Below, in pieces: positions 28,872 through 37,402 of a DNA stretch of 43,785 bases (positions are counted from its first letter, which is position 1; every line of letters starts with the position of its first letter). The DNA is from Planctomycetota bacterium. Its GTDB lineage: Bacteria; Planctomycetota; JAJSAM01; JAKLKS01. The stretch covers positions 1 through 43,785 of the forward strand of contig JAKLKS010000004.1 in NCBI GenBank assembly GCA_023150535.1, given 5' to 3'. The notes under the pieces were generated by a model. It did no database searches. It saw only the letters and a list, made by a program, of their open reading frames with translations, and was not told the DNA's origin. The position numbers and the translations under genes are program-made.

Positions 28872-30272
28872 ATGAAGCGCATCGCAGGCGGGCTCGCCCT
28901 CGCGGCCGGCCTCCTCGCCTCGGCCCCCGGCGCCTTCGCCGCGGACGCCGCCGGCGGGAAGACCGAGGCCGAGAGGCGTCTCGAGGAGGTCCTCGCCGAG
29001 CTCGAGGCCCAGCGCCTCGAGATCAACGGACTCAAGTCGCAGCTCGCCGTCGTCCAGGGCGGGTCGGGCATCGAGGCGCAGGTGATGAAGTACCTCGCCG
29101 CCGACGAGGCGAAGAAGACGGACGCCTCCAAGGACGACTTCCGCGTGTTCTGGAAGGAGGGCCTCAACTTCCAGACCGCGGACAAGGCCTTCCACCTCAA
29201 GGTGGGCGGCCGGATCATGTACGACATGGTCTTCCCCGACGCCGACGACGACGTCGAGGCGAAGGCCGGCGACTTCGACGCCCTCTCCGGCTTCCGCCGC
29301 CTGCGCGTCGAGTTCGAGGGGACGATCTTCAAGAACGTCTTCTACAAGAACGTCATCGACTTCTCCGACACCGGCTACGCCTACAAGGACAACCTCATCG
29401 GGTTCTCCGGCCTGCCGGCCGTGGGCAACTTCCAGGTGGGCTACTTCAAGGAGCCGGTGGGCCTCGAGGAGCTGACCTCCAGCAAGTACATCACCTTCAC
29501 CGAGCGCTCCATCGCCACGAACGCCTTCGTCCCGGCCCACAACCACGGCTTCCAGTTCTTCAACAACTACCAGGACGGCGACATCACCTGGGCGGTGGGC
29601 GACTTCTGGGACGGCGGCACCGGCGCCGCGCGCGTGGAGCACGGCTTCTCCGGCAGGGTCACCTGGGTGCCCTTCAAGAACAAGGACGACGGCACCCTCT
29701 TCCACGTCGGCGGGTCGGCGCAGCTCCGCAGCCCCGACGCCGAATCCGACCGCTTCCGCGCCCGGCCCGAGACCCCCTTCACGCCCCGGACCCTCGACAC
29801 GAAGGTGATCTCCGTGGACAACGAGACCATCCTCGGCCTCGAGGGCGCCTGGGTGATGGGGCCCTTCTCGGTCCAGGGCGAGTACTACCGGGCCTCCATC
29901 GACGGCCACCCGGACGTGGCGGGCTCCCCGGACCCCGAGTTCTCCGGCTTCTACCTCGCCGGCTCCTACTTCCTGACCGGCGAGTCCCGCCCCTACAAGA
30001 ACGGGACCTTCGGCCGCGTCAAGCCGAAGACGACCTTCGAGGGCGAGACCCTCGGCGGCGCCTTCGAGGTCGCGCTCCGGTACGCCAAGGTGGACCTCGA
30101 CGACGACGGCGTCCAGGGCGGCGTCGCCAGCGACTGGACGGTGGGCCTCAACTGGTACCTCAACACCAACACCCGCGTCATGCTCGACTTCGTGCTGCAC
30201 GAGGTCCGCTGGGACTCGGACACGGAGGGGGACGTGAAGTCCGTGGTCCTGCGCTTCCAGGTCGACTTCTAG
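28872..30272 (+). CDS. Phosphate-selective porin, OprO/OprP family (paralog 2)
   Basis: RBS AGGAGG; signal peptide; FRRLR, GYFKEPVGLEELTSS, TGESRPY, GLNWYLN, C-terminal Phe. Confidence 0.88.
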   Translation: MKRIAGGLALAAGLLASAPGAFAADAAGGKTEAERRLEEVLAELEAQRLEINGLKSQLAVVQGGSGIEAQVMKYLAADEAKKTDASKDDFRVFWKEGLNFQTADKAFHLKVGGRIMYDMVFPDADDDVEAKAGDFDALSGFRRLRVEFEGTIFKNVFYKNVIDFSDTGYAYKDNLIGFSGLPAVGNFQVGYFKEPVGLEELTSSKYITFTERSIATNAFVPAHNHGFQFFNNYQDGDITWAVGDFWDGGTGAARVEHGFSGRVTWVPFKNKDDGTLFHVGGSAQLRSPDAESDRFRARPETPFTPRTLDTKVISVDNETILGLEGAWVMGPFSVQGEYYRASIDGHPDVAGSPDPEFSGFYLAGSYFLTGESRPYKNGTFGRVKPKTTFEGETLGGAFEVALRYAKVDLDDDGVQGGVASDWTVGLNWYLNTNTRVMLDFVLHEVRWDSDTEGDVKSVVLRFQVDF

Positions 30273-30286
30273 GGCGAAACGGGGAG

Positions 30287-30312
30287 GCGGGGCCCCCGAC
30301 CGGGGGTCCCGC
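30287..30312 (+). terminator. GC-rich hairpin after porin 2 (possible terminator or stabiliser)
   Basis: GCGGGGCCCCCG-AC-CGGGGGTCCCGC; no U-tract. Confidence 0.35.
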
Positions 30313-30424
30313 CGATCCGGCGAATTCAAGGCGGGGTTCCGGGTTCCTCCGCCGGCCGGTTCCGAAGCCCATGCCCTGTGCGCGGACCCGCGCCGGTCAC
30401 CGTTCCGGGGACTCCGCCGACAAC

Positions 30425-30456
30425 GACGCCCCGCGGCCGCGAGGCCGCGGGGCGTC
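30425..30456. repeat. Perfect 14-bp stem with GCGA tetraloop
   Basis: GACGCCCCGCGGCC-GCGA-GGCCGCGGGGCGTC. Confidence 0.7.
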
Positions 30457-30530
30457 CGCATTTCCCCCGCCCCATCCCTCGGAGGCCCGCCCGGCGGGAT
30501 GGTAGGCTCCTCCCGTCGGGAGGGCGGTGC

Positions 30531-31525
30531 ATGGTCCGACGCACGCTGACGGTCCGGGACGTCCTCGGCGCCACCTCCTACCACGGAGCGCGGGTCCTGC
30601 TGGCCGCGGCCTCGCTGGGGGTCTTCGAGGCCCTCGCGGGCCGCCGCGCCACCCCCGCCGCCGTCGCCCGCCGCATCGGGGCGGACCCCGGGGCGGTGGA
30701 GCGCCTCCTCGTCGCGCTCGTGGGGATGCACCTCCTCGAGCGGGAGGGGCGCCGGGTCCGCCTCGCCCCGGGGGCCCGGGAACTCCTCACCGAGGGGGGG
30801 GAGTTCTCCCTGTCCGATCTCCTCCGCCACAGGGCCGCCCGGTTCAAGGCCTGGGCCCAGCTCGAGGACAGCGTGCGCACGGGGAAGCCGGTGGTGGTGG
30901 CGGGGGACGGGGCCGAGGATCCCCTCGCCCTGCAGGCCGCCCGCGCGCGCCGCGACTCCGCCCGCCGCTGGGCCCCGGTCCTGGCCAACTTCCTGGACCT
31001 GGGGAGCGCGAAGTCGCTGCTCCTGCTCGGGGACGGGCCGGCGGTCCACGCCCACCACTTCGCCCGGACCCACCCCCGGCTGGCCATCACCGTCCTCGAC
31101 ACCCCGGCCTCCGTCGCGGTGGGGAGGGAGTACCTCGCCGGGAAGGCGGAGGCGGCCCGCATCCGCCTCGTCCCCGGGGACCCCTGCGGGACGACCTGCC
31201 GGAGGGGCGGTTCTCCGCGGCCTTCCTCTCCGACGCGCTCCACTCCTTCTCCCTGGAGGACGCGCGGAGGCTCCTGCGGAGGGTGCGGCGGTCCCTGAAG
31301 GCGGGAGGACTCCTCGTGGTGCGGGACCGGTTCCTCGACGATCGCGGGCCGGGCCCCCTGGAGAACGCCCTCTACGACGTCCAGCTCCTCCTGACGACGA
31401 GGGAGGGGCGCTGCCACTCCCTCAAGGAGGTGGAGGCGGCGGTCCGGGCCGCGGGCTTCGGGAAGATCCGGGCGGCCGACCCGGGGCTCTCGGACCCGAC
31501 GAGGATCCTCACGGCGCGGGCCTGA
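30531..31525 (+). pseudogene. O-methyltransferase (dimerisation + Methyltransf_2) with a one-base frameshift at the C-run near 31181
   Basis: N-terminal AASLGVFEAL...ERLLVAL; the C-terminal DALHSF...LKAGGLLVV...EGRCHS lies in another frame; adding one C restores it. May be a sequencing error. Confidence 0.7.
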
Positions 31526-31548
31526 CGCGCCCGGGATACACTTCCACG

Positions 31549-32742
31549 GTGAACGGGAACGGCTCCTCGCCCGCCGGCGGGCCCCGCGCCCACCTCGTCG
31601 TCTTCGCCCTCCTCGAGGGGGGGTGGTACGCCTCCATGGCGGCCATGTTCGCGGGCTTCCCGGTCCTCCTCGTGGCCTCCCTCCACCTCCGCTGGCCCCC
31701 GGCCGTCTCCGTCTGGGCGGCGGCCATGATGGCCATGCTCCTCCTCTCCCTCCGGGTCCGGGGGAGGGAGGGGGCGCCGGGGCGGCTGCTGGGGCGCGAG
31801 GAGGCCCCCGGGCTCCGGGCGCTGGTGGACGAGGCGCGCCGCGTGGCCGGCATCGGCCCGGTGGGGGAGATCCGGGTGACCGCCCTCCCCAACGTCGGGG
31901 TCACGCGGGTCTTCCGCGGGGGGATCCTCTACTGCCGCCCGGTGAAGGTCCTCCTCGTCGGCCTCCCCTGCCTCCGGGCCCTGACGGTGCCGGAACTCGC
32001 CTCCATCCTCGTCCACGAGTTCGCCCACTTCCTCGGGCAGGACGTCCACCGGGGGGAGCGGCTCGCGGTCATCGACGCGCGGGTCGGAAACCTCCAGGCG
32101 GCCTTCGAGCGCACCGGCCCCCTTCGCTGGCTGAGCCCCGTCTACCTCTGGGCGCGGGCCTACGGGGCGTTCTTCACCGTGGCCACGGCGCGCATCCGGC
32201 GGCGGCAGGAGATCCTCGCCGACGCCCTGGCCGCCCGGGCCTGCACGGCCCCCGTCTACGGGAGGGCCCTGATCAAGGCGGCGGCGGTCCGGAGGCTCTT
32301 CTTCCGGATGGCGGGCCGGAGGCTCCTGGCCGGCATCCGGAAGGGGGAGCCCCCCCGGAACCTGTTCCTCGAGACCCGGGACGCCATCCGCGGGCTCCAC
32401 CCCGACGACCGGCGGCGGGTGATGCGGGAGGTCCGGGAGGCGCCGGAGGCGGCCCTCTCGACGCATCCCCCCCTCGCGGAGCGGCTCGAGCGGATCGGCC
32501 GCCTCTGGGTGCCGCGGCGCCGCCGCCGGGAGGGGCGGGCCTCGGCCCTCGTACCGGGGCTGGCGGCCCTGGAGGAGGAGCTCACGCCGGCGGCCTCGCG
32601 GGTGGTCATGGCGGCCCTCGTCCTGCGGGCGAGGAGGAGCGGGCGGGAGCCGGCCGCGGTGATCGCCGGACGGGAGCGGCCGGACCCGGACCCGGGCGCG
32701 GGCGCGGCCGGGGCGGCGACCCTCTCCCTCGTGCCCGCCTGA
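31549..32742 (+). CDS. M48 family zinc metallopeptidase
   Basis: TM helices, LVHEFAH, QEILAD, STHPPLAERL. Confidence 0.85.
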   Translation: MNGNGSSPAGGPRAHLVVFALLEGGWYASMAAMFAGFPVLLVASLHLRWPPAVSVWAAAMMAMLLLSLRVRGREGAPGRLLGREEAPGLRALVDEARRVAGIGPVGEIRVTALPNVGVTRVFRGGILYCRPVKVLLVGLPCLRALTVPELASILVHEFAHFLGQDVHRGERLAVIDARVGNLQAAFERTGPLRWLSPVYLWARAYGAFFTVATARIRRRQEILADALAARACTAPVYGRALIKAAAVRRLFFRMAGRRLLAGIRKGEPPRNLFLETRDAIRGLHPDDRRRVMREVREAPEAALSTHPPLAERLERIGRLWVPRRRRREGRASALVPGLAALEEELTPAASRVVMAALVLRARRSGREPAAVIAGRERPDPDPGAGAAGAATLSLVPA

Positions 32743-32883
32743 CGGGAATTTCCCCGGGGCGCGGGGAGCGGGCTACACTGGGGGTTTCCCCATGGGGCCG
32801 AGGCCCCGAATCCCCGGACTCCCCTCCCCCCGGGAGGGGCCCCGCGGCGCACGCGCCCGCGGAGCACGAAGAGGAGAACCGCC

Positions 32884-33444
32884 TTGCCGAACGCGACCGA
32901 ACTGAAGAGGGGCAACGTCATCATCATGGACGGCGACCTCTGGAACATCATGGAGTCCACGCACGTCACCCCGGGGAACTGGCGCGGGATGGTCCAGGTG
33001 ACCATGAAGAACCTCCGGACCGGCTCCAAGAAGCAGCACCGGTTCCGCTCCACGGACTCCGTCGAGACCGCCTACCTCGACAAGAAGCAGATGCAGTACC
33101 TCTACAAGGACCCCGCCGGGTACTGCTTCATGGACACGACCACCTACGAGCAGGTCATCCTCACCGACGACGAGATCGGGGACGGGCTGAACTACCTCAA
33201 GGAGAACGACGAGATCCAGGTCACCTTCCACGACGGGGTGGCCATCGGGGTGGAGCTGCCCCCCGTGGTGGTCCTCACCATCAAGGACACCGACCCGGGG
33301 TCCAAGGGGGACACCGTCTCCAACGTCTTCAAGCCCGCCACGGTGGAGACCGGCCTCGTCGTGAAGGTCCCCCTCTTCATCGAGAAGGGGGAGCGGATCA
33401 AGGTGGACACCCGGACGGGGGAGTTCCAGGGGCGGGACAACTAG
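32884..33444 (+). CDS. efp: Translation elongation factor P (tip motif PGNW)
   Basis: TTG start with RBS GAGGAG; KGDTVS..FKPATVETG, VPLFI, KVDTRTGE. Confidence 0.95.
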   Translation: MPNATELKRGNVIIMDGDLWNIMESTHVTPGNWRGMVQVTMKNLRTGSKKQHRFRSTDSVETAYLDKKQMQYLYKDPAGYCFMDTTTYEQVILTDDEIGDGLNYLKENDEIQVTFHDGVAIGVELPPVVVLTIKDTDPGSKGDTVSNVFKPATVETGLVVKVPLFIEKGERIKVDTRTGEFQGRDN

Positions 33445-33451
33445 CCCGCCC

Positions 33452-34154
33452 TCACCTCCTCTTCGGCGCGATCTCCGCGGCCTTCGCCGCGTCGCTCCAG
33501 AGGCCCCGCGCCCCCTCCCGGGCGCCGCGCTCCGCCTCCCGGAACCGCTCGGCGTGCCGGACGTTGGGCGGGTACCGGTAGGCGAAGGCGTAGCCCTCCT
33601 CGACCAGCGCCAGGTTCACGAAGAGGCCGTCCTCCCGGTGGACGTAGGCGAGGGTGCGGCCGTAGCGGTCCTTCCGCTCGACGTCGAACTCCAGGCGCAC
33701 GCGCCGTCCCTCGACCATCTCGCGGGCCCGCTTCGCCGCCTCCTTCCCGTACCACTGCACCGCCCGGCGCGGGTCCACGCTCTCCGGCGTGTTGATGCCC
33801 GTGAGGCGGACCTTCTCCTTCCCGTCGAGTTCCAGCGTGTCCCCGTCCACCACGCGGACCACGGTGCGGAGGGGGGAATCCGGCGCCTCCACGGCCGGGG
33901 CGGGGGACGGGGGAGCCGGAGAGGGCGATGGGGGCGCCGCCGCCTCCCCCCCCCTCCGGCAGGAGTTCCGGGATCCGCTCCCCCGCGGTCCGGGCCTTCG
34001 CCAGGAGCAGCTCCACCGCGGCCCGCACCCGGTCGGCCGCGAGGGATCTCCCGGGAGGCGAGGCGTAGGCGGCCCCGACCCCGCCCCCGAAGAGGGTGAG
34101 CGCGATCAGGAAGCCGAGTCCGTGGGGGAAGCGGCGGCGGGGTTTCGGGTCCAT
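33452..34154 (-). pseudogene. Membrane-anchored thermonuclease (SNase) with frameshift in a G9 tract (33946-33954)
   Basis: VVDGDT, VRLTGINTPES, DRYGRTLAYV, ARGLW; the N-terminal TM segment MDPKPRRR..GLGFLIAL is in the adjacent frame. Confidence 0.7.
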
Positions 34155-34282
34155 CCCCCCTTCATCGGCAGGGGAGGCCCCGGAGGCGGAGCCGACCCCC
34201 ACCGGTGGGGGGGATTCCCCCCGGCGTCCGCCATTCCTTGCGATTGCTCCTCCCCGTCCCGGGGGAGCGGTACCATCCCGGG

Positions 34283-36115
34283 ATGACCGCGAAGAAGAGG
34301 AAGGCGGAGGAGGAGACCCCTCCCCCCGGGGCCGCGAAGGGCGGGGCCAGGGCCCGGAAGCCCGCCGCCCGCGTCACCGCCGAGGAGATGGCCGGGCGCC
34401 AGCGGGAGATCTCCGTCAGCGAGTTCTTCACCAAGAACCGCCACCTGCTCGGCTTCGACAACCCCCGCAAGGCCCTCCTCACCACCGTGAAGGAGGCCGT
34501 GGACAACGCGCTCGACGCCTGCGAGGAGGCGGGGATCCTCCCCGTCGTCGAGGTGGAGATCCGGCGGGTGACGGAGCGCAACGGGAACGGCGCCGCCGGG
34601 AACGGGAGCCCGAACGGGGGCGGCGCCGCCGCCGCCCCGGCGGGCGACATGCCCCTCTTCGCCGCCCCCGCCGCCGCCGCACCCCCCGCCCCCGCCCCCG
34701 CCCCCGCCGACGAGGACGAGGACGCCGACGCCGGCCCGAAGCGCCGCGGCGCCGCCGCCGCCCCCGAGCGCTACCTCGTGTCGGTCGGTGACAACGGCCC
34801 CGGCATCGTCCGGGAGCAGGTGGGGAAGATCTTCGGCAAGCTCCTCTACGGCTCGAAGTTCCACCGCCTCCGCCAGTCCCGCGGCCAGCAGGGCATCGGC
34901 ATCTCCGCCGCCGGCATGTACGGCCAGCTCACCACGGGGAAGCCGGTGCGGATCTGGTCCCGCACCTCGCGGAAGAAGCCGGCCCACTTCATCGAGATGC
35001 ACATGGACCTGCGGAAGAACACCCCGGAGATCACGAAGGACGAGGAGATCCCCTGGGACCGGGAGCACGACACCGGCACGCGGGTCGAGATCGAGCTGGA
35101 GGCGAAGTACCAGAAGGGCGCCCGCAGCGTGGACGACTACCTGCGCCAGACGGCGCTCGCCAACCCGCACGTCACCATCCGCTACCGCGACCCCGAGGGG
35201 ACCGAGACCCTCATCGAGCGCGCCGTGAAGGACCTCCCCGAGGCCCCGAGGGAGATCCAGCCCCACCCCTACGGCGTCGAGCTCGGCATGCTCATCCAGA
35301 TGATGAAGGGGACGACCCACCGGAAGCTCAAGGCCTTCCTCCAGCACGAGTTCTCCCGCGTCTCCGGGCCGACGGCGGTGGAGATCTGCCGCAGGGCCGG
35401 CCTCGCGCCCGAGGCCTGGGTCGCCCGCATCGCCCGCGAGGAGGCGGACAACCTGCACCGGTCCCTTTCCGAGGTGCGGATCATGAACCCGCCCACGGAC
35501 TGCGTCTCGCCCATCGGCGAGGGGGCCGTGGAGAAGGCCCTCCTCCGGGAGCGGCCGGGCGCCTTCGTCCACGCGGTGACGCGGCCCCCCTCCGTCTACC
35601 GGGGGAACCCCTTCGTCGTCGAGGCGGGCATCGCCTGGGGGGGCGAGGGGGCGCCGGCGGACGAGCTGGCCTCGGTCTTCCGCTTCGCCAACCGGGTGCC
35701 GCTCCTCTACCAGCAGTCCGCCTGCGCGGTCAGCAAGGCGGTCCTCTCCTGCCCCTGGCGGAACTACGGCGTGGACCAGAGCCGCGGCGCGCTGCCGACG
35801 GGCCCCCTGCTCGTCTTCGTCCACCTCGCCTCGGTGTGGGTCCCCTTCACGAGCGAGTCGAAGGAGGCCATCGCCCACTACCCGGAGATCCTCAAGGAGA
35901 TCCGGCTCGCGGTCATGGAGTGCGGGCGGAACCTGGGGCAGCACCTCTCCCGCCAGCGGCGCCTCGCCGACGCGCAGAAGAAGAAGGACTACATCGCGGC
36001 CTACCTGCCCCACATCGTGATCGCGCTGAAGGAGATCCTCACGCTGGACGAGAAGGCGGAGAAGGCCGCGACCCGCAACCTCACCGAGGTGCTGGAGAAG
36101 AGCCGGGCGCTGTAG
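34283..36115 (+). CDS. top6B: DNA topoisomerase VI subunit B
   Basis: REISVSEFFTKN, KEAVDNALDACE, DNGPG, LLYGSKF, SRGQQGIGIS, RFANRVPL, VPFTSESKEA. Confidence 0.95.
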   Translation: MTAKKRKAEEETPPPGAAKGGARARKPAARVTAEEMAGRQREISVSEFFTKNRHLLGFDNPRKALLTTVKEAVDNALDACEEAGILPVVEVEIRRVTERNGNGAAGNGSPNGGGAAAAPAGDMPLFAAPAAAAPPAPAPAPADEDEDADAGPKRRGAAAAPERYLVSVGDNGPGIVREQVGKIFGKLLYGSKFHRLRQSRGQQGIGISAAGMYGQLTTGKPVRIWSRTSRKKPAHFIEMHMDLRKNTPEITKDEEIPWDREHDTGTRVEIELEAKYQKGARSVDDYLRQTALANPHVTIRYRDPEGTETLIERAVKDLPEAPREIQPHPYGVELGMLIQMMKGTTHRKLKAFLQHEFSRVSGPTAVEICRRAGLAPEAWVARIAREEADNLHRSLSEVRIMNPPTDCVSPIGEGAVEKALLRERPGAFVHAVTRPPSVYRGNPFVVEAGIAWGGEGAPADELASVFRFANRVPLLYQQSACAVSKAVLSCPWRNYGVDQSRGALPTGPLLVFVHLASVWVPFTSESKEAIAHYPEILKEIRLAVMECGRNLGQHLSRQRRLADAQKKKDYIAAYLPHIVIALKEILTLDEKAEKAATRNLTEVLEKSRAL

Positions 36116-36145
36116 CCCCGCGCGGGGCGGAACCGAGGAGGAGCC

Positions 36146-37279
36146 GTGGCGAAGGCGAAGGGGCCCCGCAAGGCCATGGACGACCGGGACCGCACGGTGC
36201 TCGCGGCGGTGGAGGAGGTCGCGAGGGACGTCCACGCCTCCATCCAGCGGAAGGCGAAGCCGGAGCTCGACTTCCCCATCCGGGCGCTCGCCAACGTGCG
36301 CTACGACCAGAAGGTCGGCTACTTCGAGATCGGGAAGCGCAAGGCGGTGCGCACGCTCACCGTCAACACGGCCAAGTCCTTCGCCCAGACGCTCCGCATG
36401 ATGGCGCTGAGCCGCCAGCACGTCCTCGAGGACCGGGAGGCCACCAAGAGGGAGGCCTACTACATCTCGAAGAACTGGGACGACGCCAAGTTCGACGAGC
36501 AGCCGGAATCCGACGCGGTGATGGACGACATCGAGGCGATGTTCTCGGTGCACGGGGTGAACCGGGAGATGCTCCGGTTCAAGCCCGAGGAGCACGGGGG
36601 CTCCGTGGCGGGGGCGCTCACCATCCTCGACCGCCGGCGGAACACGGGGGAGCCGCTCCGGATCGACTGCACGAACTTCGGCTCCGGGGCCTACACGGTC
36701 CCGAGCAACGTGGAGCACCTCGGCTTCGAGACGAAGGCGAGGTTCATCCTGGTGATCGAGACAGGCGGCACCTTCGACCGGCTGAACACCGGGGAGTACT
36801 GGAGGACGGCCAACTGCATCCTCGTGGAGATGGGGGGGGTGCCGACGCGGGCCTGCCGGCGGTTCATCCGGCGGCTCTCCGACGAGCACCGGATCCCCGT
36901 CTACGCCTTCACCGACTGCGACCCCTACGGCTTCGCGAACATCTACCGGACGCTCAAGGTCGGCTCGGGGAACGCGGCCCACATCAACCGGTTCTTCTGC
37001 GTTCCGAAGGCCTCCTTCCTCGGGGTGTCGCCGCAGGACATCGTGGACTTCAAGCTGCCGACCCACCCGCTGAAGGAGATGGACATCAAGCGGGCGGAGG
37101 ACGCGCTGAAGAACGACCCCTTCTACGAGGTCCACCCGAAGTGGAAGATGGCGGTGGAGCACCTGCTGAAGATGGGGGTCCGCGCCGAGCAGCAGGCCTT
37201 CGCGAAGTTCGGCCTCGACTTCGTGATGGAGGAGTACCTGCCGGCGAAGCTGAAGAACCCGGGGAAGTTCCTGCCCTAG
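36146..37279 (+). CDS. top6A: DNA topoisomerase VI subunit A (Spo11-like)
   Basis: TKREAYY catalytic Tyr, FDEQPESD, Toprim VIETGG and DCDPYG. Confidence 0.95.
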   Translation: MAKAKGPRKAMDDRDRTVLAAVEEVARDVHASIQRKAKPELDFPIRALANVRYDQKVGYFEIGKRKAVRTLTVNTAKSFAQTLRMMALSRQHVLEDREATKREAYYISKNWDDAKFDEQPESDAVMDDIEAMFSVHGVNREMLRFKPEEHGGSVAGALTILDRRRNTGEPLRIDCTNFGSGAYTVPSNVEHLGFETKARFILVIETGGTFDRLNTGEYWRTANCILVEMGGVPTRACRRFIRRLSDEHRIPVYAFTDCDPYGFANIYRTLKVGSGNAAHINRFFCVPKASFLGVSPQDIVDFKLPTHPLKEMDIKRAEDALKNDPFYEVHPKWKMAVEHLLKMGVRAEQQAFAKFGLDFVMEEYLPAKLKNPGKFLP

Positions 37280-37402
37280 CGGTCCCTCCCCTCCGGACCT
37301 CCCCTCCCCCCGGCCGCTCCCGCCCCCCGGACCGGGGGGCCCCCCCGCCCCGGCGCCATCCGTTACACTGGGCGCTTCCCCAGGGGAGGAGCGGGCGCCG
37401 GC

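Noticed and set aside
23610-28875. Two similar short ORFs (MEGPAVTGGRGGPSEPRW...) as a duplicated gene
   Set aside because: The similarity is just the translated inverted repeat; no RBS, and the sequences diverge at the repeat edge
25242-31073. 1943-aa minus-strand ORF (also 34106-39802, 35836-40230, 1796-4333, 6324-8753)
   Set aside because: Shadow ORFs of real genes in very GC-rich DNA; no motifs, biased composition
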